Shown piece by piece: positions 27,601 to 39,600 of a stretch of 64,000 nucleotides of DNA (its first letter is position 1; each line of letters opens with the position of its first letter). Source of the DNA: Trichoplax sp. H2 (lineage: Eukaryota); NCBI GenBank assembly GCA_003344405.1, contig NOWV01000014.1:806001-870000 (forward strand), written 5' to 3'. Position numbers and translations under genes: made by a program. The notes beneath the pieces were generated by a model. That model was not told where the DNA came from. It searched no databases and was given only the letters and a program-made list of their open reading frames with translations.

Positions 27601-30600
27601 GGCTTCAATATGTCTAAACATGTTGCTCCTGAATTGCCACATGGTGAGCTAAGACAGGCACTGATCTCTAAATTTCGACATTTATTAAAAAGACAATTAA
27701 ATGAAATTTATTCAAAATTGCTATAAAAATAAAAGTGATGCATTGAAGTCATTTTATAGAATATGGATTCAATTAAGATTAAGGTAAGAGAATTAAAGTG
27801 TTTGCGTTATTACTGTAGCACTGAAAGAATTCGCATTTACTAACCTGTCTGGCAGACGTAGCTGTTATTAGTTCGTGATTGTTTAATGCAGAATGAAGTA
27901 ATTTAATTTGATTTAGCACAAAAAATATCTTAACTAATTTATAAAGATAGCTTGATTTTAATTCTTTAATATTTAAGGCAATATAAGACTGATATCATTG
28001 ATATCTATTTCTAGTTACTATGGTACATACTTGGATGGCAGTTGGTTGGCACCATTGAGGTTGGGGTCTAATGGCTGATCTGTATGTTTAGAGAGAACTT
28101 TATAAGTACACGCCGAAAAATTTTAATTCATAATCGAAAATTTCATAAAATAATTATTTTCTTATTATGATTTATCAATCACAGTAGTATCAGCAAATTA
28201 CCAACGCAGAATGCTTGAGCACCCATAGTAGTAGAACATTGACTTATATCCCCGGCAAGATTGCTTTGGGTGCAATTGGCGAGATTTGGCTCTTTACCGG
28301 TACACCCAATCTTTCCAATGATTGTGGTCATAGAACTATTACCACAGCATTGGCTACGTAATTGCGTATCGGCAAATCCAAGTTGTCGACATGCTACTTG
28401 AGCATCTTGGAATTGCCAGAAGCTATTACAAACTTTACCCCAAGTCTGGCCATTGTATACTTCGACCAAACCTTGACTATATATTGATGAGCCTGTCAAG
28501 CGGATTCCAATGACTGTAGAATCTATGATTGGAAATTTTAAAGAGAAAATTGTGATTCATCACATCTGAAATTAGAAAGTGGCTATAAGTACCGCCAGAT
28601 ACACTAGGAAAGTAACATGATTACTTAAAATTACAATAAGTTTTAGGCTAGTTGTTATTTTGAAAGATCTTTTAATGCTTTATCCGTATTGCTATATTTT
28701 AGTCTGATAATCTTATTGTCGCTCAATCTTACAAAATAGACAATTATATCCGCTATAGCCTTCTGGACACTGGCAAGTATAATATCCGACGTAGTCTTTA
28801 CAAACGGCTCGTCCACCAGCTACAGATTGGCAAGGGTTGTTGGCGCACTCGTTAATATCTACAAGCAATTAAACATGATCATGTAGACGTTATAAAGTAG
28901 TCGATATTAAGGACACAACGTATTTTATTTGATGAAAATGTAGCATTATCATATATCACTTAATTTTCAGTACGCTCATTTTTATGCAACTTCTAGCACA
29001 TTATGAGAATATCAAGTATTTATTTTTAATGATCGATTAAATTTTTGAATTTTACTTTATATTAAGTACCGGTTTGGCAGTCTTTTCCAGTAAAGCCTTT
29101 ATTACATTGACAAATATACTCATCGTCCTGACTCATGGCGACACAAACACCGCGATTGTTGCAACTTTGTTTATTTGTGTAGCAGTAATGATCTGTTTAA
29201 GAACAGAGAAGAAAAGCAGCTTTTTACAACTTAGGATAAGAAAATTTACTTTCTAAATTACTAAACTATTAAGAAAGGCCATAATAAATGATATTTTATG
29301 ATTGATTTCGCAACTATTACTGTGGTAAAGATAGATTTATTATAAATTGATAAGATGTAGCTTGCATTAATGTGATGTCATGCAGTAACTTTAGTTATTC
29401 ATAGAGTAATATAAGATAACCCTTATCTGCTGTCATTTCCTATATAACTTAAATCGCTTCTATTAGACTTACTGCTACATTTGATGGCCAAGTCCATGTC
29501 ATGGGTACAATTAGCGAGAGCTGGGACTCGGCGGGTGCAATCACTTGGAGATGTTTCGTGACCAAAGCATTTTAAGCTATCAAATTGTATTTTTTCTTTG
29601 CCTTTTCCATAGATAGGGAATGAATATACGTTGGTCGCATTACCGTAACCAGCAGCTCTACATAAGACTGATGCAGTAGTAATATCGACATTATTGTTAT
29701 TGCATACTGTGCCCCAAGCCCCATTTTGGTAAACTTCGACGAATCCAGTACCACTAATGATGCTAGTACCACTTATTCGTACAGCTCCATTTGCTACAGG
29801 CCCTAATTGACAGTTGAGACCATAATATCCTGGAGGACATTCGCAATAGAAAGATTCTGCACCCAGTATGGTATGGCAGGTTGCATTTGGAGCACAAACG
29901 CTTGCATTGCACCAATTTCCTTGGCATTCGATGCTAGCAACTTCAAGATTTCCACAGTTTGCAACTCCCCAAGCACTATGCTTACATAAAGATAATGCTG
30001 TTTCAGTGCCTGTGCAGTCAAGATCATCTAGCCAGTATGGGGTCACCTTTGAGCCATATTTTGAGCAACAGGCAAAGTCCTTAGCACTCGCAAATCCAAG
30101 TTGCCTACAGGCAACGTTTGCATCCTTAAGATCAAATCGGTCATCACAAACTGATCCCCATCTACCTTTGAAAAATACTTCAAGATTTCCAGAGTATCGA
30201 TTTGGTCCACCAAGCAGCCTTAATGGCTCAGTGTCAGATACTATAAAAAAAATATTATTTCTTAGCGTGATCTTAAACCAACTCCTTTTGATTGAAGATA
30301 TGTGGCTTTACAATAATTGAAAATTTTAAGATAAGCCATGCTTAAATATTACTTACATTGATTGCATAGGCTGCCAATGAATCCGGGTGTACATTTGCAA
30401 GTAAAAGCAGATGAAGATATTTTAACGCATGTGCCATAATGGCAGGGGGATGAATAGCATGGATTGTCTGGTAGAATTTAGAATTTAACGTAGGTGTAAA
30501 AATGCAGTTATAGTTCGTATGTCTAGCATTGAGTTGATGAATGGAAAGGCCAATACAAATTACATTCTACCTGTACAACTAAGACCAACAAGATCCGTGT

Positions 30601-33600
30601 AGTCACAAAATGATGATACTTGCGTTCTTAAGTTGCAATTTAAGATTGAAGTTTCATTTCCTGTGCAGGTAATGCCGGCTAATTTCAAAGGAATAGATCA
30701 ATATTAGATCATATCAACTTATTTTACCTATAAATTGCTCTAATATAGTAAAGTAATCCTGCTTATGGACTTTTCAAATGAATAAATTTATTAAACAAAG
30801 TTGTAATAATATTCTTGCATATTAACTTACAGTATGGTATACTCCCGGTTGCTCCACCATAAAAGCTGTTCTTTTTGATTGATATTAATATTGGATAGTT
30901 TAATTTTGAACAGATCAGTTTGCCTGCTGCTGTATTGAATGTACCAAAATCACAGACACTACCCCAAGTTCCGTTCTTATAAATCTGAAGTGTTCCAGAA
31001 CTAACATCATTATTGCCTTGGGGTGTTGTAAGCCGGACATCACCATCGGTTGCTTCTATAATTTTAATGAGACGTAGTAGCGAAATTTCATCAAATGAAT
31101 CAGGTTAAAAACGTATTAAACAGAAATCACTCGATCATTATATCCGAATAGCTAAAGCTTTTGTTACTAACTTTCTGAACAATTTTTCCCATGAAATCCT
31201 GGAGGACATAGACAGCTAAATCCATAATTCTGGTTTATGCAGGTTGCTTGTTGGCCGCAAGGATTGGTGGAACATTGAATTTCTATTTGGAGATAGAGAA
31301 AGAGAAACAAATAAATGTAAGAAGTAGCTAAAGCTAATGCAATGGAATCATTTATTATGTTTATAAAGTAAAGCATGCAATAGATTGCTATAGAATCAAG
31401 GGAGTTTTACTACATAAAGAATTCCATTGGTATCCTAAATTTTGACTGTTTTGATACTAAGTTTTATGACTGTCAAACAATTTTTGCTATAAAGCATGCA
31501 GATCAATGATTAGTTCGCTCGCAAGGAGAATAATAAAATAGCAGAATAAATTTCGGATTTTTGAAGATACTTGTATTCAAATTATGCTATCCTACTGCAA
31601 TTGATCCGTTTGAATTAAAGCTAAACTATAGAAAAATTGAAGGTCAATCATAACTTCATGATTATTTCACTTATAATTTTTAGATATACGAATATATCTT
31701 TATGGGTTAAAGAAACACGCTGATGAGAAATGCACTCATCAATTATTATTGACGAATAATATTTATTAATGCGTTACGAATTATTAGTTCTATGAACTAC
31801 CATGTAAATCAATCTGACCTTTACGCATAGGTGACAATTTTCACCTAAAATTACTTATATATTAGTGTAAAACTTACTAGAAGAACACGTTGGTCCGGTA
31901 TAACCTGCTTGACATACACAAGTATATGCGTCAACGCTTCCATTAACTAGCTGGCATGTACCCCTAAAACTGCAGGGACTGCTATCGCAAGCATCGGCTA
32001 TCATTTTAAGATGGGAAAAATCATTTCCAATATTAATACAGTTAACAGATTTAGGCAAGCATACATGCTGTAAACAGAATCAAGATTTGCTTAATATAGC
32101 AATGGATTTGTATAAATTATAATGAAGCCAATATAGCTTATATCGCCAGACTTACTTGTACATTCCAGCATAACTGCACTACTGGATGAACATTGTGCAT
32201 CATAGGATCCAATTTCACACTGTGTTAAGCTTGATTCAGTTCCAACGCAATCTACATTTTTTAACCAGTACTTTCCAAAGTGGGAACCACAGCAGTAATA
32301 CCTTTTATATCCAACAAATCCCAATTGTTTACAAGCTACTTTAGCTTCAACTGTGGTGAAGCCGTCATCACATACTGGTCTCCACTCGTTATTATGAAAT
32401 AATTGCAGCTCGTATCGAGTAAGGAAGAAGCCGATAAAAACTCGAACTAGTTTGACACTGCCATCGGTTACTATTGATCCGATAAATGAATTAAAACATA
32501 TTAATTGAAGCTAAATTGAAATAAATGAAATTCAAATTGAAAATGAGTTACCGAATTGGCAGTATTGGCCAGTATATTGAGGTGGACATTGGCAAAAAAA
32601 GTTTAAACTATCTGCTACACATGTCCCACCGTTTTGACAAGGTTGCCGTTGACATAAGGATGCTGGGATTTCAAAATCAGAAATTGATTAGCAAATAACA
32701 TTGATATGATTAATATTTAATTTTCAAAATAAAAATTAGAAAACTGTGGTGCAGCGTGTTATTATATCTCTTATAGAAGATTACTGCAAAATAGTATAAT
32801 ACGGAAGTAAGTAGCTAAACGTAAATTATTTCTGATAGCTTGGGTCATTTGGCAGTGCGAGTACTTACTGCTGCATAAAATGCTGACATCATTCGCATGA
32901 GTACAACCACTAGCACTGGTGAGTGTTTTAATATTGCAGGCTCTCAAACTTATCTCGTTACCAGTGCAACTAGTTGATACGATAGCTGCTGAGCTATTAC
33001 CTCTACCAAAGTAGGCTTTGGGTAAATATCGAGAAAAGGTCAAATTTAACTGATTGCAGATGACTTTGCCGTCATTAATTGTAGCTACTTTATCACATAA
33101 TGTCGCCCAACGGTCACCAACGTATACTTCCACGCGACCTTCAGTAGCATTAACTCCGTTCTTGAGTTGAACATCGCCTTGCTTAGATGGTCCTAGAAGT
33201 TGAAAAATGATAATATTGATTGGTCATTCCATAAAAATAAACTACGGGCTGTTTATTAAAATCTACTGTATATACTTTTGGATTTGAACCTTCTAACCTA
33301 TATAATTTTCGCATAACTGGCCCGAATAAAAAGTCGTACATAAACATTTGTAACCATAATTCATATTCCTGCAAGTTCCACCATTATAGCATGTTTTTCC
33401 ATAGCAGTAATTTAAACCTGAACAAGGAAAATATTGTTTATATTAAGTAGATAGATTATTATGAAATAATTTGTGTTAGTATTTGCCTCAGGGTAACAGA
33501 AGATGAAACTTATCAGTTGCTACTTAAGATAATGTGTAAACTACCGAACATGTCCGGTACTTTAAATGTAATTATTAAAGATGAGCTTACTTGTATAGCA

Positions 33601-36600
33601 GCTAACTCCGACATCATCATCGTGATTGCATATTGATTCGGCATTATTAGTATCATATGAACATTCGCTCAACAAGAGCTCAAAACCAGAACATCGAACA
33701 TTGTATAGACCAATTTTGCCAGTACCAGAATCATAGAAGGAGCCCGAGGTAATTGCTCCTGCGTAACCACGCTGTTGGCAGACAACATCTGCAGCTTGAT
33801 TAGTGAAGTTCTTTTTACAAACAGTAGTCCAAATGCCTTGCAGGTATACTTCAATACGACCTCGACCGAGATTACTTATAGACTCTGGGATAATATTTAC
33901 ATCGCCCGTCTTAGGTGGACCTATTGAATTGCAAGATTTAAATTTAGCGATAATAAATCAGTGTCGCTGCGGTAGATTCAATTTCTGGCTATTTCTGCTA
34001 ATAGCATTTCAATTTAATTATATTAATCCATTCTATAGCCATCAGAAAGTGCTTAGGTAGTGTAATCTACGATAATTAAATTACCTTAGCTCAAAATTAT
34101 AGCATAAACAGTAGCTTTGCAAGCATTCTATCGTACTAATGGACGAAATCAGTATTTCTATTCGACATTTTACAATCGGGCCCTCTAAGCTAAGATATAC
34201 TGTTTAACCGATATTCGTGCACTTAGAATGGAAATTATGACTGCAAGGACAGTAATTAAATTAAAATAACCTTACCATATTGACATAAATTGCCGTAATA
34301 TCCACTGGAGCACTGACATTGGTAGTAATTCTTGTCTACTGTACTATAGGAATTTACGCATTTGGCACCGTTCATACATGGGCTGCTATCACAGACGGAT
34401 ATGTACTGGCATAAAGGGCCATAAGTACCCGGTTTACATTCACAATATTGAAAGTAGTAGGTCTTGCCATCGACCACCGAAGTATTAAATTTGCAAGTCC
34501 CGTTAACACAAGTATTTGGAGAGCATGTTGTATCTAGAGGATTAAAAAGCGGAAATGCAGTTACAAGCTTGACAATATTCCTATAATACCAAATTAGAAG
34601 AATTAGGCCAACTTACTAGAACATTGCACTTTTGCACGGCTGCTGCAACTGTAAGCATTTAAACCGTAAGTAAAATTACACTGAGAGAACTTCGTTGCAG
34701 TACTATTACATTTCATATTGTAAACCCAAACTTTCTCAAAAGTATTACTATCTGTGTAGCAGCATGAATGCTTAGTTGATGTTGTGTAACCAAGTTCTCG
34801 ACAAATAACATCGGCTTCAAGTTTTGTCATCTGAGAGTAGCAGAATGCTCCCCAAATGCCATCATGATAAATCAATGGAGCACCTTCAATAGTATTACTT
34901 GTCGTAGTCGATTTAACTAGTTTAACTGTCCCATCTTCTGGCGAAACTAAAATTGAAAATATAGTAGAGAATGAAATATCATGCAGAAAAATAATTTTAA
35001 TGACATCCTATCGGTCTTTCTGATCAGTCTAGTGATACTAAAATAAGTGCATTGCCTAATATTTAAATGAAAATTGGATAATTGTGATTTTCGTATAGAA
35101 GCTGCTGATACATTCGGAATAATAACATAATCAAAGATTATGCTTAGTCCTCGTTGCTAAAGATAGTAGTCTACTTAATTTTAGAATTGAATAATTGTAT
35201 ATCAATTGATCGATTTTACTTAAACAAAGTCTATAAAGATCTAATCTTTAATGCTAAACTGCATAAATATCTGGTAATATAATGAATTCACTGGATATAG
35301 CAGCTTTAGGTGAGTTTATATTCGCTTAGAGGTCAAAATTTAGGTAGTTACCTATTGGTGATTCACACTTGGCACCGGTAAAACCGGATTTGCAGTAGCA
35401 TAGTCCATAGAAACCTTCAGAAGTACAGTACTTATTTTGGGGTGCGCAGCTTTGTATTTCGGTAGCATCGCATCGGCTTCCAGCTACAATACAAAATAGA
35501 AGTCAAGGGAAATTTGATAATTTGATATACATTCCGTATTTCGGGGATTTTATAAGGACATTTTCACGAGTTAGTGAAAGAACATACTAAGACACTCGAT
35601 GGATAAATCTTGAGAATGATCTTGACAGTCTTGTGGAACATTATACCAGCCCGCACTATTGCATTCATCAATGGTAAATTCTTTGCCTTCGCAGGTAACT
35701 TTATTTACTATCGTTGGGCCATAACCGAAAAATCTGGTTGCAACAGCTTTTGTTGAGGAGTACGTGCGAAATCCTAATTGTTGACAAACTTGTCTAAACG
35801 TTAAGAAGCTAGAACTAGAACGACAAATAGTTCCCCATGTCCCTTGATAGAATACTTGAACAATTCCACCCGTGTTACTTGTACTAGCTAATCGGAGATC
35901 TCCATTTTTTGCATTAGCACCTAAATAGGAAGGCGTAAAATGAAGGTAAAATCAATTCGAAATAACTAAAGTTATACAAGATAGTTTTGTCTTATTTGTA
36001 AACAATTCCAAATCTTGCAACTTTACATACCTGAGCAAGCAAGACTTAAGTCCCACTGATGAGTGCAACCACCTTGATTAGTAACCGCTACAGCTGGACA
36101 GTCTTTAACTGAATTTTCAGTACCAGTACATTTAAGCTGATAGATAGTAGCAGTATTACCTTGGCCAAATACTGGCGTTGGGAATGCATTAGCAAATATA
36201 TAGCCCATTTGTTTGCAAATGACTTTCATATCTTGGATAGAAGATTGGTTAAGACAGACTGTAGACCAGTTATTATTTAAATAAACTTCAACACGTCCAC
36301 TTAATGGGTTACTGCCGTTGACTAATCGAACAGAGCCTGAAGTTGGAACTGTATAATGTGCCAAATATAGAAGAAGAATATGAATCCAATTTATTACAAT
36401 CATCTTATATTTTTATTAAACTACAAATGACCTTTCAATTATGATAACTACGGTAAATGCGGGTTAGAATATCAGATAAAATTGCGTTTCTTACATGTGT
36501 TTACGATTCATTAACAGTATAAACACATATACTACAGTCATAAAGTCGAGAAGTGAAAGTAAAAGGCTTAAATTAACTTTCATGTTCACAAATTTAAGAT

Positions 36601-39600
36601 AATATCGTCAAGTTGAATACGTACATGTCGCATCTTGACAATTTTGGCCTGTAAATTGACCGCTACATTTACAAGAATACCCGTAAAATTTGTTGGAGCA
36701 GGTGCCACCATTCGTGCATGGATTTGACGAACAAGAATTATTAGCTTATAAAAATGAAAAGAAAATTTCGAAAGGTTTCAATTTCACTCTTCATCCACGA
36801 TAAACGTATCTCAGACTAACTATTTTAATTTTTATCAGCTTACTTGCGCAGTAAACTCCAGCATAACTAGAGAAACATGCCACAGTATTATTAGGATTAC
36901 TACCAGGACAATCAAAGATGGATGATTCATAGCCTGAGCATTTTAAGTTTCTCATTCCACTTGTAATTAACGGGCTTCCAAATGCAGCACTGCTAGTAAT
37001 GCTAGTAGCACCAGCAAAACCCATTTGTTGACATACTACATGAGCATCGTAGAGCGTGAAATCACTGGAACAAATTGGTCTCTGTTCATTATTGTAGAAA
37101 TATTGAACACGTCCAACATTGGGATGATAAGGTCTTCCAGCGACAAGCGTTATTGATTTATTCGTGAATGGCCCTATAAACAGTAGCAAGAAGATTAGTT
37201 GCTCATCTATTGATTTTAACATCTTTATCTGATCGATCATTGCTGCTCTATCCTATAATATGATCATTATTTATAATGGATACGCAATCCCCAGAGTAAA
37301 ATGTCATTTAAAGTGTTCATAAGAAGACTTAGAGAAAGCTGATCTATCAGATTTCGCAAACAGCATACCTTTTTCACATCTATTTCCTGCATAGGAATAA
37401 CTACATTTGCATGTATATGAAACGGTACCGACTGGCGTGCATTGACCGTTATTTTCACAAGAATTGGGATTGCAAAAATTTCTGAGCTGACATTTGTCTC
37501 CATAGTAACCTTGTGGACAGTGACATTGCGCGATTGTTGCAGGAATACCAAAAACAGTGGTATGATTGAGAGAGCAAACACCGTTGTTAAGGCATGGATT
37601 AGTTTGGCAAGTGGAATCTACAAGTTATTATTTTGATAAAAATGAATTTCTTTTGAAAAGCATTTGCATATTAGCAATTAATCAGGGAAATAAATTATTC
37701 AATTTAGAAATATGAAATGTTATTCGAGTTATATACTTGTTAACATGATCTATTATTTTGATGAAAGTAAATTTCGTTTTAAACCAATTGCATACTAGCT
37801 ACGGTATTAATTAGCGCGTTGACTTGTTCAATTTAGAAATATGGAATGCTATCCTAGCTATATACTTACTAATACACTCTACTCTAAATCGATTAAAGCA
37901 AGTAAATGTGTTTTTTCCATAAGTAAAGGAGCAGTTAGCAATTGAGCTTTCGCTACCAGTGCATGTCATCGTATTGATCCAAATTTTTCTTGAAGGGCCA
38001 GAGTAGTCGCAACAGTAAGATCTTTTATAGCCTACAGAATAGCCTAATTGTTTGCAAGCCATAACAGCGATGGAGTCATCGTTTGACGTACAAATTGATC
38101 CCCAAACACCGTTGTGGAAAATTTCAATTGCTCCTTTTGCTACATTTAGTACAGATGCGTTGGAGGCTTTATAATAGTCATAAATGCGAACGGAGCCTTC
38201 TAATGGTAGAGTAACTAGAGTGAAGTAGCAAATAACAGTTATAATTTAAGAAAGCATCATCATGGTTCTGTTGTACGAAAATGAAATTTCTATTTATATT
38301 GGGTAATCTTGGCTTTATGCCTAACTCTGAATAGTAGTTCTATTTTAAATTTATTAATCGCTTACATTACTTTTAAATTGAGCACGATAGAATCATAGAA
38401 TATGCATTATGATATATAAGTACAATCAAAATTAAGCGCATTTTAGTGATTTAAAGAATAATTTTGTGAATTGTAATAATATACGGTACTATGCTAGATG
38501 AATTCTATTTCGTTTCTTAACAGATTTTTTTTTAGGCTAAATAGGCCTAAATATTCATAGCATGAATAATTTTAGATTCTGATTGGAAAAAGAGCTACCT
38601 ATTGGAGTCGTGCAGTTTGGACCAGTATAGCCGTATTTGCAAACACATCGAGTGGAAAAAAATCCAATTGAACGACAAACTTTATTTTGCGCTGCACAGG
38701 TCTTATTCTTTTCCGTATTGCAGTTGTTTTGATCTATGTTTTATAAGTGAATATCGTTCGAAAAATTATTTACAATAAATAGATAAATAGTTTCATAAAA
38801 CATCAAAACAATTACTGTAGGTTATTTGGGCTGAATGTGCATGCTGAGATTTGCAATGAGCCATTTTTCAGTATTATGATAGGAATCCTCTTAACAAGAA
38901 TATTGAAGTAAAATACTTTGATAGATATTTGTAATATCTTCGTTCTTTGTCGGTGTTTCAAGTAAAGAATACAAATAGTGTATATCGCTATTGGTTACAC
39001 TTTCATTAATTCTGCTTTCGATTTTTACTGGATTATTTTAGGCAGTACCTTTACGGTTAGCCTTGACCGAAATTTATTCAGCTTTATAAAGTACTTACTT
39101 CTACATGTGACAGAAACTGCATTGCTAGTTGAACAAGAGTCGGAAATAACACCAAAACCAGCGTAGTTACACATCAAGATGGAAATTTCATCGTCAAGGC
39201 AACGTGTTCTACCTAGAACATATTTTGTAGCGGTACTCGTTCTTGTATATGCTGATGCGCCAGAGTATCCAAGTTGTTGACATATAACGCTAGCCTCTCC
39301 AAGGCCAAATGTGCCGAAGGAATAGCTACAGATTTCACCCCACGTACCATTGAAGTAAACTTGGGCTAATCCTACTCCAGGTTTGACGGAATTAGCTAAT
39401 CGTACGTCACCATCTTGTTGGGGTCCTATCAAGCATAACTTTTATTAGAGGGTCAGCTAATTTTTCCGCAACTTGATGTTTGAAACTTTGAACACAGCAG
39501 TAAAAGCAAGAATGAATTCAAAACGAGGATATTGCATCGTAAAATTAAAATAAGCATAGCTTAATATGACAAACTGTATCTTATTCGCAGGCGTCACGCT

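Noticed and set aside
29868-30320. 150-aa plus-strand ORF and other plus-strand ORFs (5097, 6079, 7517, 33803, 62108, etc.)
   Set aside because: They lie antisense to real SRCR/EGF/Ig exons and have no recognisable domain; they are shadow ORFs.
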